Source: Eledone cirrhosa (Eukaryota). Taken from it: a stretch of DNA of 64,000 nucleotides. The notes below the pieces were generated by a model. That model worked only from the letters and a program-made list of their open reading frames with translations, searched no databases and was not told where the DNA came from. A program made the translations under genes and the position numbers. Positions 11,405 to 29,895 of this stretch are shown here, piece by piece. Positions within the stretch are counted from its first letter, which is position 1. Each line of letters begins with the position of its first letter. The stretch covers positions 250,666,001 through 250,730,000 of the forward strand of contig OZ024742.1 in assembly GCA_964016885.1 (NCBI GenBank), read 5' to 3'.

Positions 11405-13534
11405 CATACGTATACAGCCATACAGATGTGTACTGCCACATACAGACACTTGCATGTATAGTGCATCCCCCCACACACAAATATATACTGACACACACAT
11501 TCATGCATATATATATTGTATACACACATAAATGCATGCATACCTCTACACACATACATACCACCACAGTCTCGTATACACTCACATCCACACACACACG
11601 TATATTTTCTCCCCTTCCTCCACATACACACACACACACGTGCAAGAATAGTGCAACACACACATACCCTACCCCCTCTCTACACATATATGATAAAAGA
11701 AATGGAGTCGGAGGGAGAGATGGTGAGAGAAGAGGAAAGAAGGGGGGGAAGGGTGAGAGGGAGAGTGGGAAGATGGGAAGAGAGGGAAGAGGAGAGAAAG
11801 GGAGAGTGAGATAGAGAGAGGGAGAGATAAAAGGGGGAACTGAGAGAGAGAGGGGGAGAGAGAAAGCAGCTGTATATATGCTACAGACACCATTAAGTGT
11901 GTTCACAGATAAAACCAGACAAATGTAGAAAAAAATCTTGCATCAACATTGTTATTTTTTTTTTACTTTTGTATTTAATTGATCCCCTAGTTTTTTTGGA
12001 AGGGGAAGTAGTGGGGTTAATTTTGTTTTATTTTTCATATTTAACATTTCTTTATCTTGTGGGGGCTGGGGGATAATTTTTTTTTTTTTGCATCCTTTAA
12101 AAGTTTGGACTATAATTTTCCCAGATGTAAATATAAGCCGCATAATTACAGTGGTGGTGGTGTGTATGTGTGGAGGGGGAGGAACAGTAGTTGATATGAA
12201 GCTTATTAGATAAACACATGAACACAGCAACAAACACTGGTCGACTTCCTGGAGTGCAGCTTTTAAACAAACACACAAACTAAACATTTATACTGAACAC
12301 TTCGTTTTCATTTGGTTATTTACATTGGCCTGCTTAAGTACACACCTATTTCGTTAGCAAGCTATGCATGGATGCAGTCTCATGTGAAATGACGACATGT
12401 AAACCTCTTTATTACATAGGGGAGAAGTGAACCCCAATAAAACATGGTCAATTAGCGTTAGTCTCCAGACTTTTTAGGGTCCTTGAACCACGCAGCCACA
12501 CAACCACCCGCTTCATACTAAATCTTTAAAGTCGTTAAAGAAGTGTGACTTGGAAAATTAATTAAACAGATGAGGGGAAATGTGGGAGGGCAGGATGCAT
12601 AAAATGTTGAAGAGACAGACAAAATATTGAGGGGACACACATAGATATATAATATTCAATAATGAATTAAGTGTTTTACATTTTTCTGTATTCAACAGTG
12701 ATTTGGGAGCCAGCACGGGGTGGCATTCCAATGGCTGGTTTCAGCCATTAAATTACACCCACACTGGGGCACAGAACTCATTTTAGTTGCTCATGTCGAC
12801 CCTACTATATATTGTTCTCAAATCTGGTGTTTATTTTATCGATCCCTTTATGTTCAGCCACCAGGCTCCGAGACATAAACAGAAACACAAGAAGTTATTC
12901 AGCCAACTCCTTAACCACACAGCAATACCTGTGCATATAGTGACAATTCTTAACCTGGAGGAACATATTTCCAGATACGGGGAGGAAATTTGGGGTTTCC
13001 AGAGGAACCTGTTTTAAGATTGAAAAGTGCTTTATCATTATTCAGTTTTCCTTAATACGTCGTTACCATATTTCTAATATAAGACACAGCCTCTGATTTT
13101 CAAACCATTTGAAAATAATTTGTAAAGATTTAGCAATATAACTCATTTTGTCATTAAGCACGAGTTTGGAATATAACCTAACAAAGGTTCTTATATAACG
13201 AACGTTTTCTTTTTAAAACTGATGCTTTGAATGTATCTTAACATTTTCTAGCATAAAATTATTATGGAAGGTTTAAATCTATATATATAAATACTTTAAA
13301 ACAAACGGCTTTACATCATAAAAGCAGGAACGGTTGCGGGTGGTTTGGTATCAAAAGAGTTAAAATTGATGTTGAGGACGCTAAAGTTGAATTAATATAA
13401 GGGTTTTAATGTTATGTAATAGTGTTCTGCGGTATTCAAGACTACTTCTGTTTCGTGTAGGAAGAGAGAAGAAACGGGTAAGAAACACTGGGAGAGATAA
13501 AAACATAAAAACTGGATAGACAGGCAGACAGACA

Positions 13535-13576
<42 letters not shown>

Positions 13577-14109
13577 GATGGAGTGATACATATATGTAGA
13601 TATATAGAGAGAGAGGAGAGGTAGATAAACAGCGAGAGGAACACTTATATAGACAGCTAGTTAGACGGATGGATGGGTGAACATAGAAACACAGATAGAC
13701 AAAGGTGATAGAGAAAGATGATAGAAGAGGAAAACACAGAGAGAAAGAGAGAGAGGGGGAGAGAGAGGGGAGAGGGAGAGAGAGAGAGACGCACACACAC
13801 TGATATAGGGGACACACGCAGAGAAACAGTCAGGTAGGCAGAAAATAATTTGATAAATTAGAAAAATATTTCATGTCGAAAGTTACAGTGAAATATTATA
13901 TTATATAATCAGTTTTATAGCTATTTGATAACTTTACACACATGGTAGATAACAAACTACTGTCTTTATTGGTGATTTAGACTTCGGTGACGGGAAAGTT
14001 AGTTGAACGGATGGGTGGATAGATGTTTACACACTTGGTAGATAACAAACTAGTCTTTATTGGTGATTTAAACATAGGCAAGAGCTATATATATATATAC
14101 TGACACACA

Positions 14110-14403
14110 CAAAAACAAGATGGCGTAGGACAGAACAAAGGAGGGGCACAAAAAACAAAGAAAATAATCCCCAGTCACTGAAGAGGTCACAGAATGTGTG
14201 ACGAAAGAACTTTGACAATATATAAACAATCATCTGGTTGTGGAACCAACCAACCAACCGGAAATTTATTATAATAAATTGAAGTGAATGCAACTGGTGC
14301 GTGTGTTTCTTATTGGCAACATGACCCTCCCAAAGTATAACAATATCGGTTTCAACACACGTTTTCAGATAAAGAATCTTGCTAAACAAATTCAGAAAGG
14401 AAA
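14110..14403 (+). mobile_element. Solo pseudo-LTR of the Penelope-like family at 28140-29081
   Basis: Collinear with 28785-29081 (caactggtgcgtgtgttt.ttattggca, aagaatcttgc.aaacaaat). Carries a hammerhead and runs into a 1.6-kb TA array. Confidence 0.75.
14174..14216 (+). ncRNA. Minimal type I hammerhead ribozyme motif
   Basis: gtca-CTGAAGA-g-gtcaca-gaatg-tgtgac-GAA-A-gaac-T-T-tgac. Helix I is gtca/tgac and helix II is 6 bp. The sister copy has the palindromic loop III gatc. Confidence 0.7.
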
Positions 14404-14471
14404 TATATATATACACATGTGTGTATATATATATATATACATGTGTATATATATATATACATATATATACA

Positions 14472-14507
<36 letters not shown>

Positions 14508-14516
14508 ATATATACA

Positions 14517-14550
<34 letters not shown>

Positions 14551-14562
14551 CATATATATACA

Positions 14563-14596
<34 letters not shown>

Positions 14597-14718
14597 CATA
14601 TATATACATGTGTATATATATATATACATACATATATATACATGTGTATATATATATATATACATACATATATATACATGTGTATATATATATATATACA
14701 TACATATATATATATATG

Positions 14719-14770
<52 letters not shown>

Positions 14771-14783
14771 CATATATATATAC

Positions 14784-14838
<55 letters not shown>

Positions 14839-14865
14839 CATATATATATACATATATATATATAC

Positions 14866-14898
<33 letters not shown>

Positions 14899-14907
14899 CA
14901 TATATAC

Positions 14908-14938
<31 letters not shown>

Positions 14939-15197
14939 CATATATATACATATATACATATACATACATATATACATATATACATATACATATATATACA
15001 TATATACATATACATATATATACATATATACATATACATATATATACATATACATATATATATATACATATATACATATATATATACCTATATATATACA
15101 TATATATATACATATATACATATATATATATACATACATATATATATATATACATATATACATATATACATACATATATATATATATACATATATAC

Positions 15198-15248
<51 letters not shown>

Positions 15249-15284
15249 TATATACATATATATATACATGTGTATATACATGTG

Positions 15285-15329
<45 letters not shown>

Positions 15330-15863
15330 GTATATATATATATACATATATATATATATACATGTGTATATATATATATACATATATATATATACGTGTG
15401 TATATATATATATATACACATATATACATGTGTGTACATATATATATATACATATATCTAATACATATATATATATATACATATATATAATACATATATA
15501 TAGATAGATATATATATATACATATATATAGATATATATACATACATATACATACATATATATAGATATATATATATATATACGTGTGTATATATATACA
15601 TACATATATACATGTGTGTATATATATATATACATATATATATATACATATATATAATACATATATATATATAATACATATATATAATACATATATATAT
15701 ACATATATATAATACATATATATATACATATATATAATACATATATATATATATAGATATATATATATATACATATATATATACATATATATAGATATAT
15801 ATACATACATATACATACATATATATAGATATATATACATACATATACATACATATATATACA

Positions 15864-15897
<34 letters not shown>

Positions 15898-16054
15898 CAC
15901 GTATATATATACATACATATACACACATATATATATACATACATATACACATATATATACATACATATACACATATATATACATACATAGACACATATAT
16001 ATACATACACATACACATATATATACAGACATATACACATATATATACATACAT
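14403..16054. repeat. (TA)n array with TACA/CATG variants
   Basis: Direct observation. Confidence 0.97.
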
Positions 16055-16223
16055 ATGGTGGCTGCCAACTCGTTTTCGAGTACGGCCACTACTTTATATC
16101 CATGTAGGAGAACCCCTTACCGATGCGCTGAACGAGTATGACTTTTAGTCCAGCCTGCGACATGAAAACTCTGGTACAAACACTACACTTGTGACAATTA
16201 TTGACACATAGTGCTGGGCCCAT
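16055..16223 (-). mobile_element. 5'-truncated copy of the RTE-derived non-autonomous family
   Basis: Matches about 30004-30170 and is flanked by CATA repeats. Confidence 0.85.
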
Positions 16224-16384
16224 ACATACATATACACATATATATACATACATATACACATATATATACATACATATACACATATATATACATACTTATA
16301 CATATATATATACATACATATACACATATATATATACATATATATATATACATACATATACATATATATATATATATACATACA

Positions 16385-16735
16385 TTAAAAAATTCCTCCC
16401 TTCTGTCTGTATGCCTGGCTGTCTGCATTACGTCACTTCCTACAATTCGCTCTGCGTCCAGAACGCGCCCGTATAATATCTGTCTGTATGTCTGGCTGTC
16501 TGCTGCCTCCGGTTATTCTGCTACCCTTGTTCAAGTCAAATCTCACACTCATTCCCCAAACAGTTGGTAAGTGAACACAACTTCTTGCTCACGTTTTAAG
16601 CCACAGTGTTGCTTACTTATGCACCACCAGACCCTTACTTCTTTGCCAGCCGTGGTTGTGGCAATACTAAGCTTAGCTAAAGCGGTTATATATTTTACAA
16701 TACCTTATCCCGTGCAACGTCGGGTACCACTGCTA

Positions 16736-16736
<1 letters not shown>
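16385..16736 (+). mobile_element. Non-autonomous Helitron
   Basis: 3' end cccgtgcaacgtcggg hairpin, then taccactg, then CTAG|T. (TGTC)-type repeats lie near the 5' end. Confidence 0.7.
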
Positions 16737-16772
<36 letters not shown>

Positions 16773-16956
16773 ACAAAATATTAATAAATGAAAAATATAT
16801 TCTCATAATCAAAATATATATTATATTATACATATTTCAAAGGTACAATGGTGTTTAAGTACGTTTTCATCAGTAATGTTTTTTTAAAATCATTTTTAAA
16901 GCATTTCGAAGACCTTACGCTATTGTTTTAGAGCAGTGACAGTCTCACTTACTTTA

Positions 16957-17341
16957 AATTAAGCATACAGTGTATTGCAAAATACACTATATATACATTC
17001 ATATATATATCGCTATTTCAGAGCACCAATTCAAATTTTCAATTTCTGCTTGACCGGCAACCGCTCTGTATAATCAGTTACTGATTATTACTAGAATTCT
17101 ATAAGAATCAAACATTCATGATTTTCAGCAAACAGGTGGAGTACTTAGCTTTGATAAGTACCAAAAAGTACGAAACAGAGCTCTGTCAGCTTTATCTCCC
17201 CTGTTTGCTGAAAATTTAAAGTAAGTGAGACTGTCACAATAGCGTAAGGTCTTCGAAATGCTTTTAATTAAGCATACAGTGTATTGCAAAATACACTATA
17301 TATACATTCATATATATATCGCTATTTCAGAGCACCAATTC
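16957..17341 (+). mobile_element. Retrozyme-like element 1: 309-nt monomer plus a 76-bp terminal direct repeat
   Basis: 16957-17032 is identical to 17266-17341. It contains the hammerhead at 17121-17215 and several perfect hairpins, and its 3' end joins (TA)n. Confidence 0.8.
17121..17215 (+). ncRNA. Extended type I hammerhead ribozyme, U3-A8 core variant, predicted cleavage after GUC at 17187
   Basis: agct-TTGATAA-gtac-caaaaa-gtac-GAA-A-cag-agct-ctg-T-C-agct. Helix I is extended by attttcagcaaacagg(t)ggag / ctcc-cctgtttgctgaaaat across a tactt/ttat internal loop. Confidence 0.88.
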
Positions 17342-17342
17342 T

Positions 17343-17882
<540 letters not shown>

Positions 17883-17883
17883 T

Positions 17884-18211
17884 TTTGGATTTAATGCTCT
17901 GAAATAGCGATATATATGTGAAGACAAACATAGAATATTCGAAAATATTCTGTATGTTTATAATAAACATTTTGAAGACCTAATCGCTATAGAATAGAAT
18001 ACGTCACGTATTACAATTTGAGATTCTCGATAAAAGCAAGGGAAGTAACCTACGCGTTTCATTCTTATTAGAAATCATCAGGATTACATATCCAATGCTT
18101 TTATCGAGAACGACACAGCTAGAGACTTATAGAATACTTAGCTGTGTACAGGAACTGGTTTGAAAGAGCGGTAGCCGGTCCGGCAGAAATTAGAATTTGG
18201 ATTTAATGCTC
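17884..18211 (-). mobile_element. Retrozyme-like element 2: 312-nt monomer plus a 16-bp terminal direct repeat
   Basis: tttggatttaatgctc at 17884-17899 and 18196-18211. The reverse complement is collinear with element 1 (aatttctgc..gaccggc.accgctct, attctataag, atagcg..aggtcttc.aaatg, atatatatcgctatttcagagca). Confidence 0.8.
18024..18110 (-). ncRNA. Type I hammerhead ribozyme, predicted cleavage after GUA (between 18051 and 18050)
   Basis: Reverse complement gtaatc-CTGATGA-tttc-taataa-gaat-GAA-A-cgcg-T-A-ggttac. Helix I is extended by a 15-bp ttctcgataaaagca/tgcttttatcgagaa duplex, and loop III is the palindrome cgcg. Confidence 0.82.
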
Positions 18212-22145
<3,934 letters not shown>

Positions 22146-22867
22146 GTGTACACATATACACGCTAATATTTATATGTGTATATATGTGTGTGTGTGTGTG
22201 TGTGTGCGCGAGTGTACATGTACACACATGTATTAAATTAAATTACAAAGAACTTGGCCTCAGTGTGTCTTATCAACCAGATCTAAAGATGAATTTATCA
22301 AAACGTACATTTCAACTAAACGGAATCTTTAAACATATCGAATCTTTTCATAATTTTACATATAGCCATGGTAGTGTATGTGCATACATTAACGTCTCTA
22401 TATATATACATACACACATGTAGATGGATGTATATGTGGACATACAAACATATATATTTTTTCTTGGATAATATTTTGAAATGTGCATAATATTTAACTA
22501 AATAAACACATGGTACAGATGTGCGTTGAATAGTGTGTGGTGTTTAAATGTGTACTTAAACATATATATGCGTCTGCATGTGTGTCCAGTTTGAAAAATA
22601 CCGGCCATTTCTTGAGTGAAAACGATTCCCAAGCTGGCCCTGAGAGTTCAACAAGTAATCACTACTGTTTTTCCTGAGTTCAGTTTTTTTCGTCGCTATG
22701 GCAATGCGGCCCGACTATCGGTCGCTGTATTTGATTTGCAAAGCTGTCTAAACGTAATGTTATAACTCTGGGGTAATATCCACCATTGAGTGCTTAGCTG
22801 CACACCGAATCTGCATTCGTTAGCTTGGCTGCTGCAAAATGCTTCGTTGATGCTGTACTAACATTTG

Positions 22868-22932
<65 letters not shown>

Positions 22933-22934
<2 letters not shown>

Positions 22935-23131
22935 CGAAGGAAGTGTGGTAAGGTACCAGATGGACCATGACGCACCAGAGTACTCAATACTTAGTGTAGT
23001 AGAGTGGGTAATAGGAAAACGTTCAAGACCCCGACGGCAGAGCTCAAGCCGTTTCGACGATTATTTCCGGACAAAAAATAGCCGTTGAAACGGCTTGAGC
23101 TCTGCCGTCGGGGTCTTGAACTTTTTCCTAT
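22933..23131 (-). mobile_element. Family A fragment with fold-back palindrome (23011-23131)
   Basis: Homologous to 8477-8670, with TA on both sides. Confidence 0.75.
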
Positions 23132-23689
23132 ATATATACATATATATATATATATATTCAAGATGTATACAAGGACATACATGATATGTTTATGTATAAT
23201 ACACAATACATAAGTCTCGCTATGAGTGTTTTAAGCTGTGACTACATCACAGCTATCTCAATAGCTGTGTGAGAACGTCAGACTCTAGTGTTTCGGGATT
23301 TTATATCCGTCATCAAAGACCCTACCCACTTGATACTGAGACAAAATAAGGTATAACCGATACACATTTTGTGCATAAATCGTTTGCTGGTGATGCTTAT
23401 TTGGATATAGTGTGAGCTTGACTGGCTTTGATTAATAGGCGTGTATATGAAATCATATACAATATGCTTATGTATAATAAACGTATATAACTCTTACTAT
23501 GGGCGTTTGAAGTTGTAATCCTACACTTAACCCATAAAGCTACGAGAATGAAAAGTTCCTCTCAATGAGTATCACAAGAGAATAAACACGACCATCGAAT
23601 CTACATCAAAGACAGCAGTCATGTGAGTTATAGATCTGTATATGACCATCACTCATGACACATATTGAGTATATACTACAATGTAATAT

Positions 23690-24140
23690 AGTTAAGATAA
23701 AACAAAGATACAAAATTAGATATGATTATCACAAGATACAACACAGATAAGACACAACATATAAGACACTGTTAAAATACATGTATAAAACACAACATAT
23801 ATAAGATAAATCAAAGTTAAGACAAAGCATAGATACATATACATAAGTAAGATACATCAGATAAAGCAACCTTTTCTAGATTGATCACTGTTACGATACA
23901 ACGTAGATAGGATGCATCGTTTATAAGACACAACATATATATAGATTACAGTTATTACAAAACTTAAACAAAATACATCATATATGACACAACACAAATA
24001 TGACCCAACATAGATAAGGACAACCACACTGACGACAACAGTTAAAACAGAACATTGATAGGACTACAACACAATAAGACAACACAAGATTATAGAAAAG
24101 TAATAAAATATGTGACTTAACAGAAGTGAAGCCAAGGTAA
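23690..24140. repeat. Degenerate pentamer-periodic A-rich repeat (taaga/cacaa/catag)
   Basis: Recurrent taagacacaacata motifs with 5-bp phasing. Confidence 0.6.
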
Positions 24141-25648
24141 AGTGTAGAAATATTTACCTGAAAAGAAAGAAAATATATATATATGAATATGAACAAATTG
24201 ATTTAAAAACAACATACACATGGAATATAACAAGAGAATAAGGGACTTAGACCGTTTAAAGATTCTGAAAGACAAAAATCGTTTTATGTAGCCATGGAAA
24301 ATAATATAACATACCAATAATTTAAAATTCTTTAGTTTAAAAAATGCGTTATGGTTTCTACAAGAATTAACAAATTCAGGTTTCTTTTATTAAAATAGCG
24401 ACATTTCTATATTTGAATATGACTTGTTTTCTCTTTGGTAAGGTTGTATGTAGTCGTTTAGGTAAATTACACTGTATTCTATATGAATACTCCAGAAAGT
24501 CAGGTCATAGCAGTTCTTCGACCATCTTGTTTCTTTTTTTTTTTTCTTTCTTTCTACTCCCTCCACTGGAGAATCATGCATCTGTTCAAGGGGAAAAGTA
24601 CCTTAGTCTCAAATTATAACCGCAACACAAGTATATATGGAAATATATGTTCAATGATAGATAAATCAATTTTGAAATCAGTGATGAGTGGGCCTTTTAA
24701 CTCCAGATGTATTTAGATAAGGATGTGTCATATCGTCTTTCAGGATTCTTATAAATATGAGGGTCGTAGGAATATTTAGATTTAAAAGAATTCTCAGTGA
24801 TATAGCTTTGAAAGGGTTATATGATCTGCAGGGGGGGGGGGGTATTTTAAAGTAATTCATTTGAAAGACATTTTCAATTTAGTGAACAGCTAAACTATTA
24901 ATTGGAACTAGTTATATAAGTAAGCTTTCACCAATTTATTATTGCTATAGATTTTGTGAAATTGGGAACATTACATTAACGTTATTTTATATTGATTCTA
25001 TTGACAATTTGTTATCTACGAGCAGAAAAAAGTGTCTGTACATTACCATTAAAACATTTCTAGAAATGTTAGTGCGGATATTTAAACTAAAAGGTGGATT
25101 ATATCACCTTTTTTTTCTTTTCTAACTTTTGTGTTAATTGGTTGGTTCCTGCTGTTACCGTTAGTCACTATATGCATGGATACAAACAGACAGACACAAA
25201 CAAACACGTGTATTACGTGTCACCAGAAATCTATTTTATTAGTTGTTAGATTCACTTACGTGCTAGAAGACGTCAATCAGATTTTGTGATTATCCGTCTG
25301 TAACAGTCTTACCGTTTTATTTGGCAATATTATTTGTCTCATATGATGAATTTTAGAAGGGGAACTTACCAGGTGTCTATTTTAATTACTTTGTTCTAAT
25401 TGGGACAGGAACTTTGTTTACGTTGATGACTTTGGTGATGGAGGGTATCTGTGGTAGTGGAAGACTGAGAGAATGTGGGGAAGAAAGAAAGTATGTAGAG
25501 AAATGTTGAAGGTCACGGGAGTAGAACTGAGAAAGAACCAAGGTGATTAGAGATTTATTGTACTGTACGTCGGGGGGTGGGGATGATGATAATGTTGGCG
25601 GTGGTAATAATGAAATATGGTGTAATGACAGGGTCAATGTCCTCTCGT

Positions 25649-25703
<55 letters not shown>

Positions 25704-25710
25704 CACACAC

Positions 25711-25748
<38 letters not shown>

Positions 25749-25950
25749 TAACACCTACACACACCCATATATATATGTATACACAAACACACAACCATAT
25801 ATATATATATATGCAGACACAGTGTAGTCTACCTGGAAGTGTGAGATAGTGACGCAAACAAAAGATAAGATTGATAGTGTAAAAATTACAGATGTCATAA
25901 CAATACCTTCTTTTATTAATACAGAGAATCATATATAAACACACACACAC

Positions 25951-26016
<66 letters not shown>

Positions 26017-26935
26017 AAAAAGCGTAGAATCATGGACGCCTTCGGCAGAAAGAAACGATAGTTATGTGCTGTAAAACACCCCAACAACCACAACACCACG
26101 CCATTATACAGAGTAATCCCCCCCCCCCACCAGTTCCTCAGGCATCACTACCACCTTAAATAGCACACCACAATCACTACTTATACCAGTGATAGCACCT
26201 CCACCGTCAACCCATTACCTTAGTAGAATGAAGATATAGCATTTGACCTGCTGACTTAACAGAGAAGATAGCAACACATAAAAGGGTGCTTTCCCTTATC
26301 TCTTGGTACAAAGTTAACATGAAGGGTTGTTTACCACTCAAAGATCTCTATATATCAAATAAAAGCCTTTGAATGACTGCTAAGTATAAGAATGTCTATA
26401 ACATACTTCGCTGAAGAGATCTAATAAGACAGGTACATGTCTGTTACATAACGATGAGAGCATCTCTAAAATCCATTCTCCTTATTGCACAAACATTTCG
26501 AAAAATTGAACTTATCTTAGTTATCAATATTACTTGTATTTGCATTTTAAACATCCTCAAAAGGAAGTTTTCTCTCTACTAATGGACAATCTCAGTTGAT
26601 CAAATTTGTTCAACTCTGTATATTACACGTGACCAACACACACACAGACGTTCACACAGACATGCACAAACACATATGCACACACATACATATGTACATC
26701 AGTCATACGTGTGTAGAAAGGGACCTCATTTCATTTATAGAAGGATGGGTGGGAGGGAGTATTGCCGCAGTGGGGGGAGGGGAGAGATCAGTTGCAGTAG
26801 GAGGAAATGGCTAGAGTGGGACAGTGCAGTGATAAAACAGAAACACAGGAAACAATTGGACTGAGACTGTGAACCACCCTAATAAAATTATCATTAATTA
26901 TATATACATTCATATATGCATACACACAAACACAT

Positions 26936-26986
<51 letters not shown>

Positions 26987-27098
26987 CATACATACATATA
27001 TACACACAGACATCTATAAACATACATATTACACACACATATATACATAAACATCTACATACATATACACATTGTGTGTGCGTGTATGTGTGTGTATT

Positions 27099-27203
<105 letters not shown>

Positions 27204-27835
27204 GCGTGTTAAGATACGTTTGTAGGGGTGTTGTGGGGGAGTTGTATTGGTGGAGTGGAGTTGTGGTAGTTGTTAATGGGACAGGATTGCTGTAGTGGTA
27301 GTGTGGTATTGTGAGGGTGAAAAGGTATTGTGGAGAGGGGGGAGTAGAATTGTTTCAAAGGGAATTGTGGTGGCGTTGTCTAGAGAAAGAGTGGATGAAT
27401 TATATCTTGAAACAATATGCATTAGAACAATTTATAGTTTATTTCCTACACACACATCTGTGCATGCACATAAGACCGGGTATATCCAAAAGGCGGAACG
27501 AAACCACCGGTTGGTAGAGACTATGAGAATTCTGGTAAAATTTATGTGTATTTTTTCTTCAAACTTATATTTTGTACCTAATTCCGTGTAGTTAACTATT
27601 TGTCTAGTCAATTTCTACAGGCTAGAAGAAATAATTAGATAAGTGTCACCTGGCTGTATATCGCGGAAAATAATCTGTATCATTTAAATAATCTGTATCA
27701 TTTGTCTATTATTTCTTCATAAGTACATTTTAAACTTATGGCCTCGCTTAAATGATTTTTTATGTGGTTTATTTATACTGATTGGGAGAGGAAATACTGT
27801 ATATATTTTATCTAATGATTCTTTGGACTTACATT

Positions 27836-27880
<45 letters not shown>

Positions 27881-27899
27881 ACATGCATCCAACGTCCTT

Positions 27900-28006
27900 T
27901 CCGAATTTTACTCTTTCCTAATGAAGGACTTATGTCCAATACGTCGAAACATTTATCATTTATTTATATATCTTCATCTGTGTTTGTCTTGTTTATTCTT
28001 AAATTA
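27900..28006 (+). mobile_element. Penelope-like terminal fragment with decayed hammerhead
   Basis: CTAATGA-a-ggac-ttat-gtcc-aata-cgtcg. The tail catctgt.t...ttgtttattctt is shared with 10325-10466. Confidence 0.55.
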
Positions 28007-28139
28007 TACATACATACATATTATTAAATTATACATACATATTCTTTGTGAGGGGAATGCTGCCAATGAAAACACACACACCAGTTAAATTTTACTTCGG
28101 TTTATTATTAGTTGGGTAACAGGGTGGTTGCTTGAACTT

Positions 28140-29081
28140 ACCCTTTCAAGAAAACCCTCTGACCTGATAGAAATTGTATATACAACGTGAGCCCACAGAA
28201 GTAAGACGAGAAATGTACTTTATAGATACACAGCGAGACAATGTAAAAATACGACTACATATATATAGAAGGGACGGCTCACAGTATAGGTGAAATGATG
28301 AAAGAAAACTGAAGAGAAAACTCATCGATACTCTACGAATATGTCAAACTAGAACATGGGGGTTCATAAGAAAACATTGAAATAAAAATCATATCTATAC
28401 ACTGAACAAATGTAATGCTCAGACAGATTAAGGAAGTGACACATATAACCGAATGTAAGCCTAAACTCAACAGAAAGCCTGACTGGAATAACAACAACCT
28501 CAGATCCTATTGACTGAGGACAATATAAGGACACACAAGAAAAATTCCAAAAAGGATACGATACACATACAGACACCCCTGCACACACATACATAGAATA
28601 CAAAAACTAGAATAACAACTACCTAGTGACGGGCGAGCGAGACAAGAGAGAAAGAAAATAAAACACACATATACGCATAAAAGCTTGGAGAAACAAAGTC
28701 ATACATACATGCACAGACACACATGCTCGAATAAGTAGCACCACACACGCGCGCGCGCGCGCGAACACAGCAGATACATTAAAAAAACGATGGAGTAAAC
28801 AGAACAAGATCAGAACAAAGAGGAGACACACAGGACCAAGAGTAGTCATTGAGAAGGGCAGATGTGAGACGAAAGATCTTTGACAATTAACAATTAAACA
28901 ACCAACTGGTTATTAAGCTAACCGATGAATGAATTAGTTAATCATCTCAAAATAAACTGGAGTGTAATTCAACTGGTGCGTGTGTTTTTATTGGCAGCAT
29001 TAACCTCCTAAAGTATAACTATATCTGTTTCAAGGTACGATTTCACATCAAGAATCTTGCAAAACAAATACAAAAACGAAG
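28140..29081 (+). mobile_element. Decayed Penelope-like element: GIY-YIG endonuclease remnant (~28140-28513) plus pseudo-LTR with decayed hammerhead (28845-28884)
   Basis: Frameshifted translation gives KTRNVLYRYTARQCKNTTTYI..TAHSIGE.MKE, then SILYEYVKLEHGG..IEIKIIS..VMLRQIKEVTHITECKPKLNRKPDW. This matches the GIY-YIG signature of Penelope-like elements. Confidence 0.78.
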
Positions 29082-29336
29082 TATATACACAGGCACATAC
29101 ATATGTTTTAGAATATGGTTATAGTCACACACCTTAAAAATACTTCAAGATTTATAGACATGTTTTGTCAAGACAGTTATATTCCATAATCAGATCTTGT
29201 ATCTATAAACGGTACTCCTTAATCAACAGTTATGATTCAAAATTGTTGAGAGTGAGAGAGCTGCATAAATATATAAATACACATGTATGTAAACACAATA
29301 TATGTCCATATATCTACACAAACACATATGTACCCC

Positions 29337-29644
<308 letters not shown>

Positions 29645-29769
29645 ACTCGACTTCTAGTAAAGCCATCGCTAGATACTTACGCATGAGCATGGCGGACGTG
29701 CCTCCATAGTCCTGCTAGGGACCTGCTAGTGGCCAGCAATTCCATGCATCGTAAAAAAATGTTACATAG

Positions 29770-29895
29770 CAAGCAATGCCTGTGCTTGAAGCTTTTTTAA
29801 GTGAAGAAAGGCTTTGCACAGGGCCAACCTCATTCTCTGAACATCGAAGGCATTAACCCAAAAGAACAGCTAGTCTAAATCATTGGATGCAAACG
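29770..29895 (-). mobile_element. Older relative of the RTE-derived family (fragment)
   Basis: aagcaatgcctgtgcttgaagctttt..aaaggc..tgcaca..atcattggat aligns with about 30213-30330. Confidence 0.6.
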
